This document shows positions 48,212-60,616 of a stretch of DNA of 64,000 nucleotides, one piece after another. The translations under genes and the position numbers were made by a program. The stretch comes from Azolla caroliniana (lineage: Eukaryota > Plantae > Polypodiophyta), in contig JBHGNT010000006.1 in assembly GCA_043228905.1 (NCBI GenBank), forward strand, positions 13,578,001 to 13,642,000, written 5' to 3'. How positions within the stretch are numbered: position 1 is the stretch's first letter; the number at the start of each line of letters is the position of its first letter. The notes beneath the pieces were generated by a model that worked only from the letters and a program-made list of their open reading frames with translations, searched no databases and was not told where the DNA came from.

Positions 48212-50116
48212 CAATGAGTACATGGTGCATCATTATGCATACATGACTAAGGTGGTGGAAGTGCGTGAGCCGGAGAGCTATGCAAAAGTAGCGAAAGATG
48301 CAAATTGGCGTGCTGCTATGGAGGAAGAAATGCGGGCACTAGATGTCAATGACACATGGGACCTGGTTGACCCAACCTGACAGTGCAAACCGATCGGTTA
48401 CAAGTGGGTGTACAAGGTAAAGTACAACGCCGATGATTCCGGTCAACCGGTACAAGGCCATGTTAGTGACAAAGGGATACGCACAGACCCACTGAATCGA
48501 CTATGACGAGACCTTCGCTCCTGTAGCGAAGATGACGACGGTTCGCGTGGAAAAATTGCGGCAAGGGGATGACATCTTCATCAAATGGACGTGAAGAATG
48601 CATTTCTTTAAGGTGATCTTGAAGAACGGGTCTATATGACCCAACCCCCCGGGTTCCAATCGGAGATGAACAAGTCAGCAGTGTGCCGACTCAAGAAGTT
48701 GCTTTACGGTTTGAAACAAGCCCCCCAAGCTTGGAATGCGAAGATCACACACCGGTTGCATAAGATGGGGTTTGTGGCCTCTAAGTCCGACTCTTCATTG
48801 TTCATCCGGAACGGTCCGGTTTGCATTTTGCTTTATGTTAATGATTTATTCATCACCGGACCCGGACTTGATGAAATCGGCCGAGTGAAGTCCTAGCTGT
48901 CGGACACATTTGAAATGAAGGACCTAGGGGACCTTCATTATTTTGTTGGGATCGAGGTGCTCCGGACCCCCGATGGCATATTGCTCTCACAACGTCATTA
49001 TGTGTTGAATATGTTGTACAAGTTCGGCATGACGGAATGCCGACCGATCTTTACGCTCTTGGACCGGAACCTAAAGCTACGTCCCGACTCCGGACCGGCC
49101 TACAATGAGAAACGGTTCCGACAAATTGTCAGAAGCCTTATATACTTGACGATCACCCGACCTGACATCAGTTATCTAGTTGGAGTGATCGGCCAGTGAA
49201 GCCATCTAGCTTCGGTGACTCCTGCGAGACCTCCGGATTGAGGTGCCGACCCTGATCTTGATCTACTGCGACAACGTAAGCAGCATACAGCTAGCCAAGA
49301 ATCTTGTATTCCATGCTCGGACAAAGCACATAGAAGTGCATTATCACTTTGTGTGTGAGTGGGTCCTGAGCGGTGAAGTTGAACTTCGGTATGTTGACAC
49401 AGATCGGCAAGCTGCCGATATCTTCACCAAACCACTCGGATCGGACAAGTTGCAACGCTTTTCAGAGATGCTTGGCATTCAGCGTCTTGACGTGCCGCAC
49501 TTGAGGGGGAGAATAGGAACATGACCGAGAACGGATGGCATCGGACAAGCAGCCGGAGAGGAAGAAAGAACCAAGGGGGGAGATGAGCAGACAAAGGAAG
49601 CCGAGACGACCGAAGGAGTCGGCACATCTGAAGAAGGCGGAGCAAACGGCAGTGGCAACATAGTCAAGAAGGAAAGAGCCGACCGGAAGAAGGCAAAGAC
49701 CCGGACGTGGTCCGATGTGGTGAAGGGCCTGAAAACGGAAGACGAGTTGGAGACTACCAACGCGGACAAGAGCTGGAACGAATCAGAGGAAGCATATTTG
49801 GAAGAGCCGGTTCAACAATTGGATTCGGAAGAGACGGATCAACTAAAGGCCAAGCGGACGAGAAGGCAACGGAAATCGACACCGAAACGGAGGAACCAAT
49901 GGGTCAACAAGCGCCGAAGTCGTAATAGCAAAAGAGCTAAGATGGGCTTGTTGAGCAGACAAGCCGACCGGGGAGGTCGAGGTGCACGGGAAATGGGACC
50001 GGACCGGACAAGGAGCGCGAGCAAGGCGGAACGATGCCAGAAGGAGCCGGATGGAAGGACCGGCTACTGCAGACACTAACACCACGATCCGACCTCCAGT
50101 TGAGCTTGAGGGGGAG

Positions 50117-50608
50117 TGTTGAGCGAGCAAGCTCAATCGGATCCGGATTGACTGAATAAGCCGGAGCCGGATCGGTATCCGGAATGGAGAACCGGATCGG
50201 TATCCGGAACGGAGAACCGGATGGGTATCTGGAACGGAAAACTAGATCGGTGTCCGGAACTAGGAGTCGGATCGGAGACCAGGATCGTATTGAAACCGGT
50301 AGGCCGTTAGAGGCCTACGGATCCAGCCTAGTACGTAGGCATATTTTTGGGAGTCAGTGACAATCACTCGTATGAGCATTGAAGTACCTGTCAGTCATTT
50401 AGGGACTTGTATAAAAGTGCTATATGAGCACATTCTATGTACATAGAGTTATAGAGTGTTATTTTTTAATAGAGTTTACGTTCTGCTCTCTCTCTCTCTC
50501 TCTCTCCTGCGAATATTCTCCGTGTTAAGCTTCCATTGAAACTTTCTCTGTATTGTTGCTATCCGGTAGACCTGGTTTGTAATACGCTTTTGCACGTTCA
50601 CATTAACA
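50117..50608 (+). repeat. 3' LTR of Copia B with four 25-bp U3 tandem repeats (50167-50260)
   Basis: PPT GAGGGGGAG then TGTTGAG...TTAACA; repeat unit CCGGATCGGTATCCGGAAYGGAGAA. Confidence 0.85.
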
Positions 50609-51835
50609 CAAAGTTAATACAATGTGAACCAAGTCGATACTATGTATCGAGTTGACGCTCATAGTGTATCCTCATAAACCATTTCGATACAATGTATTGA
50701 GTTGGTGTTAACAACTCGATACATTGTATCGACTTGGGTCACATTGTATTAACTTTGGGTGTTAACAACTCGATACATTGTATCGACTTGGGTCACATTG
50801 TATCGACTTGGGTGTTAATGTGAATGTGTTGGTGCTCACATTGTACATTATGGACACAACTCGATATAATGTACCGAGTTGGTGTTAACCGTTCGATACA
50901 TTGTATCAACTGACGAGAACTCAACGCTCCTTATCCGCAACGCTCGGCCACAACACCGAGCTTAGAATCATACACAGAAAATGGGAAATAATAAACGACA
51001 CAAAGAAGAGAAGAGTAGGCAAGAGGTTTACGTGGAAAACCCCAAACTAGGGGAAAAAACCACGGCAGTCCACAGGCTGCAAACTATCACTATGTAAGAA
51101 TGTACAACAGTGAGTTCACTGAGGCAACGACCTCGTGCTCACAATCTTCGCCACATGCGGCGGTTACAACTGAGGCAACGACCTCTATCTCTCTCTCTCT
51201 CTCTCTCTGTACACTGTTACGCGCACTAATCTCGTGCAAAACAAGAATGACAACCACAACTAAAAGTTTGCCCTAAGTCATATTTATACTAATATGACTT
51301 TTTGGCTATTTACAAATATAGCCATGATGGACTCTCAGAAAACATATTTACGAATATGTCTCTTCATCCGGTTCTCACCGGGTCTGTACCATTCGGCTCT
51401 CCGTAGTCGGGTACTCCTCATCCGGTCTTCATCGGGTCTATACCATCCGGCTCTCCGTAGCCGGGTACTCCTCATCTGGTCTTCACCGGGTCTGTATCAT
51501 CCGGCTCTCCGTAGCCGGGTACTCCTCATCTGGTCTTCACCGGGTCTATACAATCCGGTCTTCACCGGGTCTGTATCATCCGGCTCTCCGTAGCTAGGTA
51601 CTCCTCATCCGGTCTTCACCGGGTCTATACCATCCGGCTCTCCATAGTCGGGTACTCGTCATCTGGTTTCAGCACTGTTCTTCTCCCTTCCCATCCGGAG
51701 GGACCTGTCTCCCAACATCAACTTGGTTTAAAAAGAACAGGGGGTTGTCACCAAATTGATAAATTGTATGGAATTCATGTTGGCAATGATTCTTTTCGAC
51801 ACAATTCGATATAATATATCGATTTGGTGGTAAAA
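50609..51835. repeat. Array of the palindromic motif TCGATACAWTGTATCGA, interrupted by a solo LTR
   Basis: Copies at about 50634, 50684, 50716, 50770, 50860, 50893 and 51807. Confidence 0.75.
50911..51717 (-). mobile_element. Solo LTR (Copia-type, different family) with 54-bp tandem repeats in U3
   Basis: TGTTGGG...CGTCA on the minus strand; TSD TCAAC (50906-50910, 51718-51722); TATAAAT at about 51283; CCGTGGTTTTTTCCC..GGGTTTTCCACGT U5 motif; repeats at 51363-51667. Confidence 0.88.
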
Positions 51836-52474
51836 ACTAGACAAATTTCGTAGATTTCATAGAAAATGTAAGTAGTTTAAGGTCAAATTGATCATTGAAA
51901 AACTGGCTTAAACTTGATTTTTAATGTGAAACTAGGACTATTGTGGCCATATTTTATTGCTAAACATGATTTTCATTGCAAACTCCACTTATATAGGACC
52001 ATCGCTTCTATACTTTGTATTTGAAGTCATAAATCTCCAATAATCCCTTTGGTCATGTTCATAATGGCTTACACTCTTTCGCCCAATAGGTCTACCGAAC
52101 ATCAGGAAGGCCGATTAGTAAAGAAGATCTGTCTAAAATACCAGAACTCCCTTGTAGAGAGCTCAAAACATCAAGATTTCACATACTCTCAAAAAGCAAA
52201 GAAATTAATATTTGAGGATGACATGAATAGAAAACCATCAGATGAAGTTAGCCAAAAGCAGATGGTGGAAGTTGTTGGCGGAGAGATGTTGTCCGACAAA
52301 GATAACAGACCATGAGCGGATGATACAATATCTGGACCTGAATTTTTCAAGGAGGCAATTGAAACGTCAAGTAACTACCTTGCATCCAAATATTCAAGGC
52401 CATCACCACCAAAGGTAGCACCAAAGAAGGCTACCATTCAAGCTACACATCCAAAATCTAAAGAAGAAAATGAA

Positions 52475-52903
52475 TGTTGAGAGACAAGCTCAACTTGAGA
52501 TGAATCGACTAAAGGCCAGTAGGCCGGTCAGCTAAAGAAGCCGACAACCGAAGCGACTGAGGGAAGTCGGCTGAATAAGCCTACACTTGGGTAAGCCTAG
52601 GATAAGGTTGATAGGCCGTTAAAACCTATATTCCTAGTCTTAGTATTAGGAATATTTTAGGGAGTTAGTGTCGTAGGCTCTTTATGAGCATTCAAGTACT
52701 GACGATACTTGTGTCAGCCCACAGTCAGGGCTTGTATAAAAGTGCTCATGGAGCACAAATGTACACAGAGCGTATTATTTTGAATCTGAGTTTTTTGTCT
52801 TCTGCTCTCTCTCTGTCTTTCCCACTCCTGCTTACTGTATTTTCTATTTTTATTTGTGTTTTACCTAACTGTGTTTGAGCTGATTGTGTTGTTCATAAGC
52901 TTC
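52475..52903 (+). repeat. Bryco-like Copia LTR, cut near its 3' end by another Copia
   Basis: TGTTGAGAGACAAGCTCAAC start and the family motif TATGAGCATT.AAGTAC. Confidence 0.8.
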
Positions 52904-53482
52904 TGTTGAGAAGAAAGCACAACATGGGCTGGACGGGCTAGATAAGCCGAGAACCGAATAAGATGAAGACCAATCTATTAGGCCTGGATCGAATTAGAGA
53001 TCCGGATCCACGGGGAGCCGGTAGGCCGTTAGAGGCCTACGCTCCTAGTTTAGTAGGTAGTTATATTTTTAGGATTTAGCGTGAGTAGCGCAGTTATGAG
53101 CACTGAAGTGCTCCCTGAGCACAATTGTATGTACAACACACATTATTATTTTGAATCGAGTTTTTTGCCCTTTGCTCACTTTGTCTCTCCTTCGTAGCAT
53201 AATTTCTCTCCATTGATTCTCTGTGTTTTCTATTGCTATCCGGTTGAGCCAGTTGAGTTTTGTTCAGCTTTTGCATGTTAATCTTCTCATGGTATCAGAG
53301 CGAGAGGGTTGAGAATCCTCTACCACTGACAAACATTCAACACAATAAAACCCTAATCTCTGGATATGAATAGACAAGAAGAAAATGGACAAAGGAATGG
53401 GTGGGCTCTTCCGACAGAGAAGTTGGACAAAAGAAACTATATGTGTTGGGAGTACAAGATGCACCAGTACCTGCTTGGGCAT
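52904..53482 (+). mobile_element. Copia 5' end: LTR 52904-53289, iMet PBS 53290-53301, start of gag
   Basis: TGGTATCAGAGC; EKLDKRNY..WEYKMHQYLLGH; truncated at the hAT junction. Confidence 0.88.
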
Positions 53483-54561
53483 AAAATATAAGAAAACCTA
53501 GTCGTAGAAGGTTTAAGCAAGTCTTTTCCACTAAACTTGCGAAACATGGCCAAAGCATATTGTTTTCTAGTTATGAAACCACTAATCTTCATAGATGATC
53601 GCAAAATGGCATCAATCCAAGCACATTTGGCAATATCCTCCAACAACAAATCAACACAACGGCAAGTGCATCTAGTGTAAATTATAGATGGCCACTCCTT
53701 TTCTATCATATGTCCCGCAACCACACAATTTGCAGCATTATCCATACAAACTTGAACTACATTTGATGGTCCAACTTCAAGAATAGCATCCTTCAAAATT
53801 TTAAATATGTATTCACCTGTCTTGACATGACCACTTGTATCTATTGATTTCAAAAACATTGTGCCATGTAGTGAAGAAGCTAAAACATTAATAATTGGTC
53901 TATTTCTAGTGTCTGACCAACCATCACTAACAATAGTGCATCTATATGTCTTCCAACTCTCTTTCAACAATATAAGATCATGCTCAACATTTACAACTTC
54001 TCCATTAAAATATTTCTTACGCAATTGATAAGCAAAAGGTGCTTTAAACGAAGGACCCACTTTTGAAACAGCCATAAGCATATCATGGAAAAATGAGCTT
54101 TCCACTTTCCGATGTGCAATATCTTCCGCATAAAAAAATCTTGCAATAGCCTCTTCTACCTGTTTCCTCAATGCCAATTCAAAAGACATTGCGAGTGAAC
54201 CACTCGTCTCTATTTTTTGCGTTTTAGTAGCCATTTTATTCATTGAAATGGAACTAGAAATAGAGGCATCTGTAGACGCATCTACATTAGCATTAACAAT
54301 AGTATTACTATTTGCATCTGTTTGTACATCTGAATTCAATTGATCATTTCCATGAACCATTGCATTTTTTAATTGACTCCTCACGATATCACTTGGTTTT
54401 GTGCATTTTTCTACACCTTGTCCTCTTATTCCCAATATATGGGCCCTAATTCGATGAGGGCCACCAACAAAGACATGATTGCATTTCATCAAATGCGTTC
54501 CTTTTGCATTCTTTACTTGAATTAGAACATGTTCCCACTCCAAGCCTTTTTGTCTACCCAT
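53483..54561 (-). pseudogene. hAT transposase N-terminal half (BED finger plus DUF659-type domain)
   Basis: EWEHV..C..VFVGGPHRIRAHI..C, CTIVSDGWSD..RPIIN and VVQVCMDNAANC. Confidence 0.88.
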
Positions 54562-55090
54562 TAGTTCCTAAATTAACGTAAAACGTAAATATCAAAATCT
54601 ATTTATTGTAATTTTTGTGTGTATAAATTTTGTACTACATAGTTTAGTATGTGTGTATAGACATTACACAAATTACTTCAAAATGATAGAAATTATAGAC
54701 AAATTAAAGCAATTACAAGCTTTATTGAATAATTACAGAAATTATAGAATAATTTCATTCTAGAAATTTCAGAAATTATAGAATAATTTCATTCTAGAAA
54801 TTTCAGAAATTTCATTACAGAACTTTAAGCCCTATTATTTAATATTAACCCTAAATATACCTGAAGGCTGAATCTCGTTGGTATGCAGATCGTTTGAGGC
54901 TAGGTGGGAGAGGAGAGGAGAGCGTAACGTTACGTTGATGTGCAGAGGAAAAGGGGGAAAAGGGGAAAAAGAGGGAAAAAACAAAAAAAAGGAAAAAAAA
55001 ACACACGAATATTTAAATATCATTCGTGTTCGTTTTCCAAAGTAGGAAAACGAATGATATGGCAGGCGAACACGAATTTTACGTACTATG
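53483..55090 (-). mobile_element. 3'-truncated hAT DNA transposon
   Basis: Terminus CATAGTACGTAAAA at 55090, subterminal TTCGTGTTCG motifs, a 34-bp tandem duplication at 54737-54815 and a transposase ORF. Confidence 0.8.
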
Positions 55091-57896
55091 CTTCCGATAA
55101 TCTGTTGGAACCTTTTCGGGTCGCAGACCTTTCCGGAGTTGGGGCGAAGCTTCATGGTTTTGTCAAGAGGAGTTGAGACAAACTTACGCGACCTTGTTTG
55201 GTTCGGGGCTTATAACACTTATAACCCTTTTGTTCGTCCGAATATCTGACCAATATACACTTGTCGCCTTTCGTGTTCAACTTCCTCAGCTTCTCCTTCG
55301 GCACATGCACATACACGATGCCACCGAAAACCCTCAAGTGTCGTAGATTTGGCTTCCTTCAGAAATACAGCTCATGTGCCAACACTTTTTCTCCGATCCG
55401 ATTCTAGATGTAGACCGCGGTTTGGACTGCTTCGGCCCAAAAGAACTTGGGCATGCTCTTATCTTCTAGCATTGCCTATGTCGCTTCCATAACCGACCGA
55501 TTCTTCCTTTCGGCTACGTCGTTTTGCTCCGGCGTATACTTGCAACTGAATTCGCGCCGAATTCCCATTTGTTGTAGATAACTGTTGAATTGGCTGGAAA
55601 AGTACTCTTTTCCGCCATCCGACCGCAGACATTTGATCTTCCTCTCTGTTTCCCTTTCGACAAGATTTTTGAGGTTCCAGAAACAGTTGAAGACTTCACT
55701 CTTCTTTTCGATGAGGTAGATCCATGTGTGCCGGGTGTAGTCGTCAATGAAGGAGACGAAGTATCGACTCCCGCCAAGACTCACATTCTGTGTCGGTCCC
55801 CATACATCTGAATGTATCAAGTCGACCTTATTTCAGCTCCGATTACGCTCGTTGGGGAAAGGAAGTCGGTGTTGCTTCCCTAGCTAACAAGCTTCACAAA
55901 TTTGGACCTTTCGACCACTAAATTTTGGAAATCCGAACATAACTTGTTTTGATTGCAGGTCTTGAAGCCTTTGGTAGTTGACTTTGCCTACCCACTTATG
56001 CCACAAGTCGACATCCAACTCGACTTTTTGCCCTTTCGCGAACATGGCGGTGCCTATGTGATTGGTGTCGAGGATGAACATCCTCCCATCTCTACGCCCT
56101 TGCGCAATAACTTGGTCTTCTTCCTCGATAAAGCATCCGAGATGCGTGAACAGAACTTGCATCCCCTGGTCGACGATCTGTCCAACCGACACCAGATTCT
56201 TCGTAATTGTCGGTACATGTAACACGTTCATTAGCTTCCTTTTTTGCCCGATGTGGTTGAGGGGAACTTCTCCGACATGTACGATCGGATGCGGAGTGTC
56301 GTCTCCTGTTGCGACTACTCCCAATTGTTCCGGTTTTTCCAAATATGAGAACCACTCTTTATGGTTCCTCATATGGTTTGACACTCCAGAGTCAACGTAC
56401 CACACTTCGTCCGATTTCGGGGTGGTCTTCTTCATAGAGTTCGCTTTGTGTCTTGTCATGAAGGCTACCCCCTTTTCGACTTTTTCGGATCCTTCGGCGT
56501 AGTGCGTCCGTTGCCGATTTCCTTGTTCGGTCGGTCCGGATCCGAATCCAGTTTTATCCAAATCGATGCGCTTCACCAGCACTCGCTCTCCTTGGGGCCT
56601 TTCTTGCCACAATACCAACATTCCGTGGCGTGTTTCCCTTGCCAATTCTCGTCGCCTCCTCAACTCCCACTGCTTCCGAAGGGTCCAGAATTGTTGTCGG
56701 CATCACCACAATGCCTTCTTCCTTGCTCCCGTCAGCCGCCTCCATTGTGCGCCGACTTGCCTCGTCCACCATGACCACGGGGCCTATCTCCCTCCGTGTA
56801 CAACATCTTGCTGTCGGCGTGCGTACTCGTCAACACACCCACGTGATTCTCCTCTACAAGGAGCATCGACTGCAAGTCGAAAAATGACAACGTATTCTCC
56901 CTTGTACAAATAGCAGTTCGGAATGCTCCGAACTTCAACGCCATTCCTCTGAGGCAGATCTACACCATTTTGCCCTCCTCAACGTTCACATCAATGGAGG
57001 CGAGGGAGTCGCCGATATCCTTTATCTTGGAGGTGTAGTCAGCCACCGTCATGTCGCGTTGACACACATTGCTCAACACCTATCGAAGTTGGAGCTTCCT
57101 GGCTGTGGTGCTTGCGGCGAAAATCTTTTTCAGATTTCCCCAAGGATCCTTCGGTGTTCTTGCATCCCGAATGTAGCTCAAGAGTTGTTCGCTCAGACAG
57201 GAGGCCAAGCAGTAGAGAACTCTACTCGCCGACTGTTCCTAGGCTAGGAAGTGTCTATGTGGCTATTCGAGTGCTGCATCATTTGCTCCATCGACATAGC
57301 TCTAGTATCCATGTCCGAGCAGGTACTTGTGCATCTTGTACAACCAAGATGCATAGTTACTTATGTTGAGCATCTCAGTTGGAAGCAAACTAGCCATACC
57401 TCTATCCATTTTTTACTTTATGTTCTTCACTGAGATTACGTTTTTTTTTGTGTCTGTGTTTCGAGCTGAAGTCGATTGTAGAGGTTCTCAACCCTCGCGC
57501 TTTGGTACCATGTAAAATGTAACGTGCGGAAGCTATATGACACATAGAATACCAACAGGAGGAAACAACAGGTTTAATGGAGAGCTTAAGACACGATGTA
57601 CTCGGGAGAGACAAAGAGGGAAAATAACACACAAAAGAAACTGAATTCAAAATAATGTGTAAAACCTCTCTGTACATAGGATGTGCTCAAGGAGCACTTG
57701 TATACAAGTCCGTACGGATTGACAGAAGTACTGACACGTACTTCAATGCTCATAACTGAGCTCCTACACTAACTCCCAAATATATTCCCTCGCAGAATAT
57801 CTGTTCAACGGCCTCCTAGTTTCCGCACCGATCCGGCCTCTTGTTGCGCACCAGTTTATGCACTGGTCCTGCCAATGTTGAGCTTGTATCTCAACA
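55091..57896 (-). mobile_element. Copia (Bryco-like) copy D: 5' LTR 57511-57896, PBS, gag, PR, INT, deleted RT
   Basis: WYVDSGVSNHM, IHSDVWGP and SDGGKEY; the INT C-terminus is fused to late RT at about 55180; inserted into the gag of copy E. Confidence 0.9.
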
Positions 57897-58474
57897 GTAA
57901 TCGGCCACAGAAAAATCTTTCTGTCGGACATTGTTGAGCTCCTGTCTGAGTTGCAGCTTCCTGGCCATTGTGCTAGCGGCGAAAATCCTCTTGAGATTCG
58001 CCCACGCGTCCTTTGGCGTCTTAGCATCCCGAATGTAGCTCAAGAGCTTGTCACTCACATAGGACGCTAAGCAATAAAGAACTCTACTTGCCGCTTGTTC
58101 CCAAGCCGAAAAATCTATGTGTGTCGATTCAGGTGCTACATCATTAGATCCTTTGACATAGCTCCAATAACCATGACCAAGCAGATACTGGTGCATCTTG
58201 TACGACAAAGATGCGTAGTTGCTCCTATCGAGCTTCTCAGTCAGTATCAAGCTTTCCATTCCTCTATCCATATTGTTGCCTTATCTTTTCCGAAAACAAT
58301 AACTTAATCTCTATCTTTGTCGCAATCTTTTTGTGTCGGTTTCAGAGGAGTCTCAACCCTCGTGCTCTGATACCATGTAAAAGAATACGTGTGTGGAAGG
58401 TTATGCATTACAACATAGAGTACACGGTTCGGAAGTACGACAGTTTCGTAAATCACTGAAATCAAAGAGGAGGA

Positions 58475-58505
<31 letters not shown>

Positions 58506-58813
58506 CAGAAATACAAAACTATATTCAAAAATAAATCTCTGCATGTTCTCTCTGTACATACTTGGTGCTCAGTGAGCACCTTTTATACAAGACATGACTA
58601 TCAGGCTGACGCAAGTACTGACAATACTTGACCACTCATAAATGAGCCTTCTACAGTAACTCCCAAAACTATTCCTTACGAGGAATAACGTTCTAACGGC
58701 CTTCCGGTTTAAACACCGCCACGGCCATATTTTGTGTACGGTTTTATGCACCCAGTCTACGTACTGGGTTACGCACCCATTTACGCACCCAATGTTGAGC
58801 TTGTCTCTTAACA
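57897..58813 (-). mobile_element. Copia copy E 5' end: LTR 58376-58813, iMet PBS 58364-58375, gag start 58271
   Basis: TGGTATCAGAGC; EKLDRSNY..KMHQYLLGHGYW. Confidence 0.88.
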
Positions 58814-59310
58814 AATCATGAAAGCATATCGTGAACTGAGAAACCATTTCATTCAATTCGTATGCAATTGTGTAGAACTGGCAAAGCAGTTCTCGCTTGG
58901 GTATCTTGAAGTGAAAAAGTTCGAGGAAGCAAGTGCGGACATCCTAGAATGTTGCAAATTCCCCAGGATCATGGCAGGAATACCACCATGCGGCGGGTCC
59001 ATCAAGGCACAGTGTGAACCCTGCGATTTTTGATGCATCAACCTCCGCAGCGGTTAGACACTGCGTTGAATGGTTGACTTGCCAGGTGGACACAAAAGAT
59101 CAGATGTGGGATTCCGCATCGGGGCCATCCGTATATCAAGGATATGGGTATGGCATGGTGTCGATGTCCTGGTCTTCTGGCAACGCTGGGAAGGGGTTGT
59201 GTTCGGGTTGGTTAACTTCGGGAGGGCTGGGAGGCGCAACGGGGTCAAAGCCCACGTTCGACTGAGTGTCGGGAGCCGGTAACGGCGAGTGGTGAGACTC
59301 CGAACACATT
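58814..59310 (-). pseudogene. gag: Gag relic of a third Phygy/Athila-like Gypsy
   Basis: Minus-strand translation YTDGPDAESHI.SFVSTWQVNH..SKIAGFTLCLDGPAAWW aligns with YRDDPDAEAHVYAFLQTWEANH..LKIAEFGMTLEGPATRW at about 19500. Confidence 0.75.
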
Positions 59311-60249
59311 CGCATTCACAAGTGGAAGGATCGCACATTCTACTTGTAGGTTCCTTTTGTAATTATCCAAATATACCCTCTCAACGAAAATTGGTTGCAC
59401 TAGTATCACATGTTCAAAAACTTGATTAGAATTTGTAAAATTAATAAAACATGATATGTCTCCAAATGGAGAACATGTGAAATTCACTCAACTTTGGAAT
59501 TGTTGATATGTTAATGCAATTATAATAAAGTTACAATGGCTCAATATCACACTTTTGTGAGACATGGCAAACACTCAGATGAAGACTTATTTTTGTTTGG
59601 TAAGTTTAGCAAAACTATGAGGTGTAATTGTATCCATGTTAATAAAATGAGTTATAATTAAGAGTTTGACCCATACTCATATCTATATCATTGTTCTTAA
59701 TGTAAGATAGTGAACCTTAGGATAATGTGATTGAAATAACAAAGTTTTTAAAGCTTTCAATACTTCTGTTTAAAGTTGATGCAATCTAATCCTTAGGTGA
59801 TTCTCATGGGATCGAGCTTCGAATGATAATGTTAGTTAAACTACAAGCGTATGAAACATGTGGATATTGATGAGAGGTGTTACTCCAAGGTTGTGCAACT
59901 AATGGGACTGTGTATCATCGTCCATTATCAACACACTGCCCAATCTAAGCAGCAATGGAACACAAACAAACATAACAATTTGATAATTATCAACACACTA
60001 CCCATTCTAAGAAGCAATAGAAGATAAAGAACTATAATATATGGAGAATTATATATTAGACACACTTTGACAATCTCAACAACCCACCTCAATAAACCAA
60101 TTTGACAGTCTTGACGACCATTGACATCACCAACATCGACAGTCTTGAAAGTCTCCAAACTGACAATCTCCACATGTTTGTGTGCCACACATGGCAATGG
60201 GGATAATATGTTCAGGTAAACTTTGACCTGGAAGATTGTCACTATCAAT

Positions 60250-60422
60250 AAGTCATGTTTCCCGAATGCTCGAAATCAGGCTTAAGGTTAAGTAATTCAT
60301 GTTTCTCCATATTAGAGACAACAATAGATGTGCGAAATTAGGCATAAGGTTAAGTAAATCATGTTTCTCCATATTATAGTCAACAATGTATGCGCGAAAT
60401 CAAGCTTAAGGTTAAGTAAGGC
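60250..60422. repeat. Tandem repeat of about 62 bp, 2.7 copies
   Basis: GAAATYARGCWTAAGGTTAAGTAA at about 60273, 60334 and 60396. Confidence 0.7.
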
Positions 60423-60616
60423 TTCCTTACACAATAATTGAATAACATTCACATAGCTTTAATTTTCCGAAATCATAAGTCAACAAACCAATTGTATAGG
60501 AATATAATTGAAACATATAGAACAATGTAAACAATGCACTACACAAATGGAAGAACCCAAATTTTATATTAGAACTTGGAATTCATAAGTTTACAATTCA
60601 TCAGAAAAACATTCTA

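Larger units (their letters stand above)
14145..50608 (+). mobile_element. Degenerate 5'-truncated Copia (Bryco-like) copy B, split into 14145-16646 and 48212-50608
   Basis: Left part holds gag, WYVDSGASNHMT protease, LWHKWIGH and integrase; right part holds RT, RH and the LTR. TSD CAATG (16642-16646, 48212-48216) brackets the nested insert. Confidence 0.9.

Noticed and set aside
51294-51593. ORF with 18-aa repeats
   Set aside because: It is the translation of the 54-bp U3 tandem repeat of a solo LTR, on the antisense strand.
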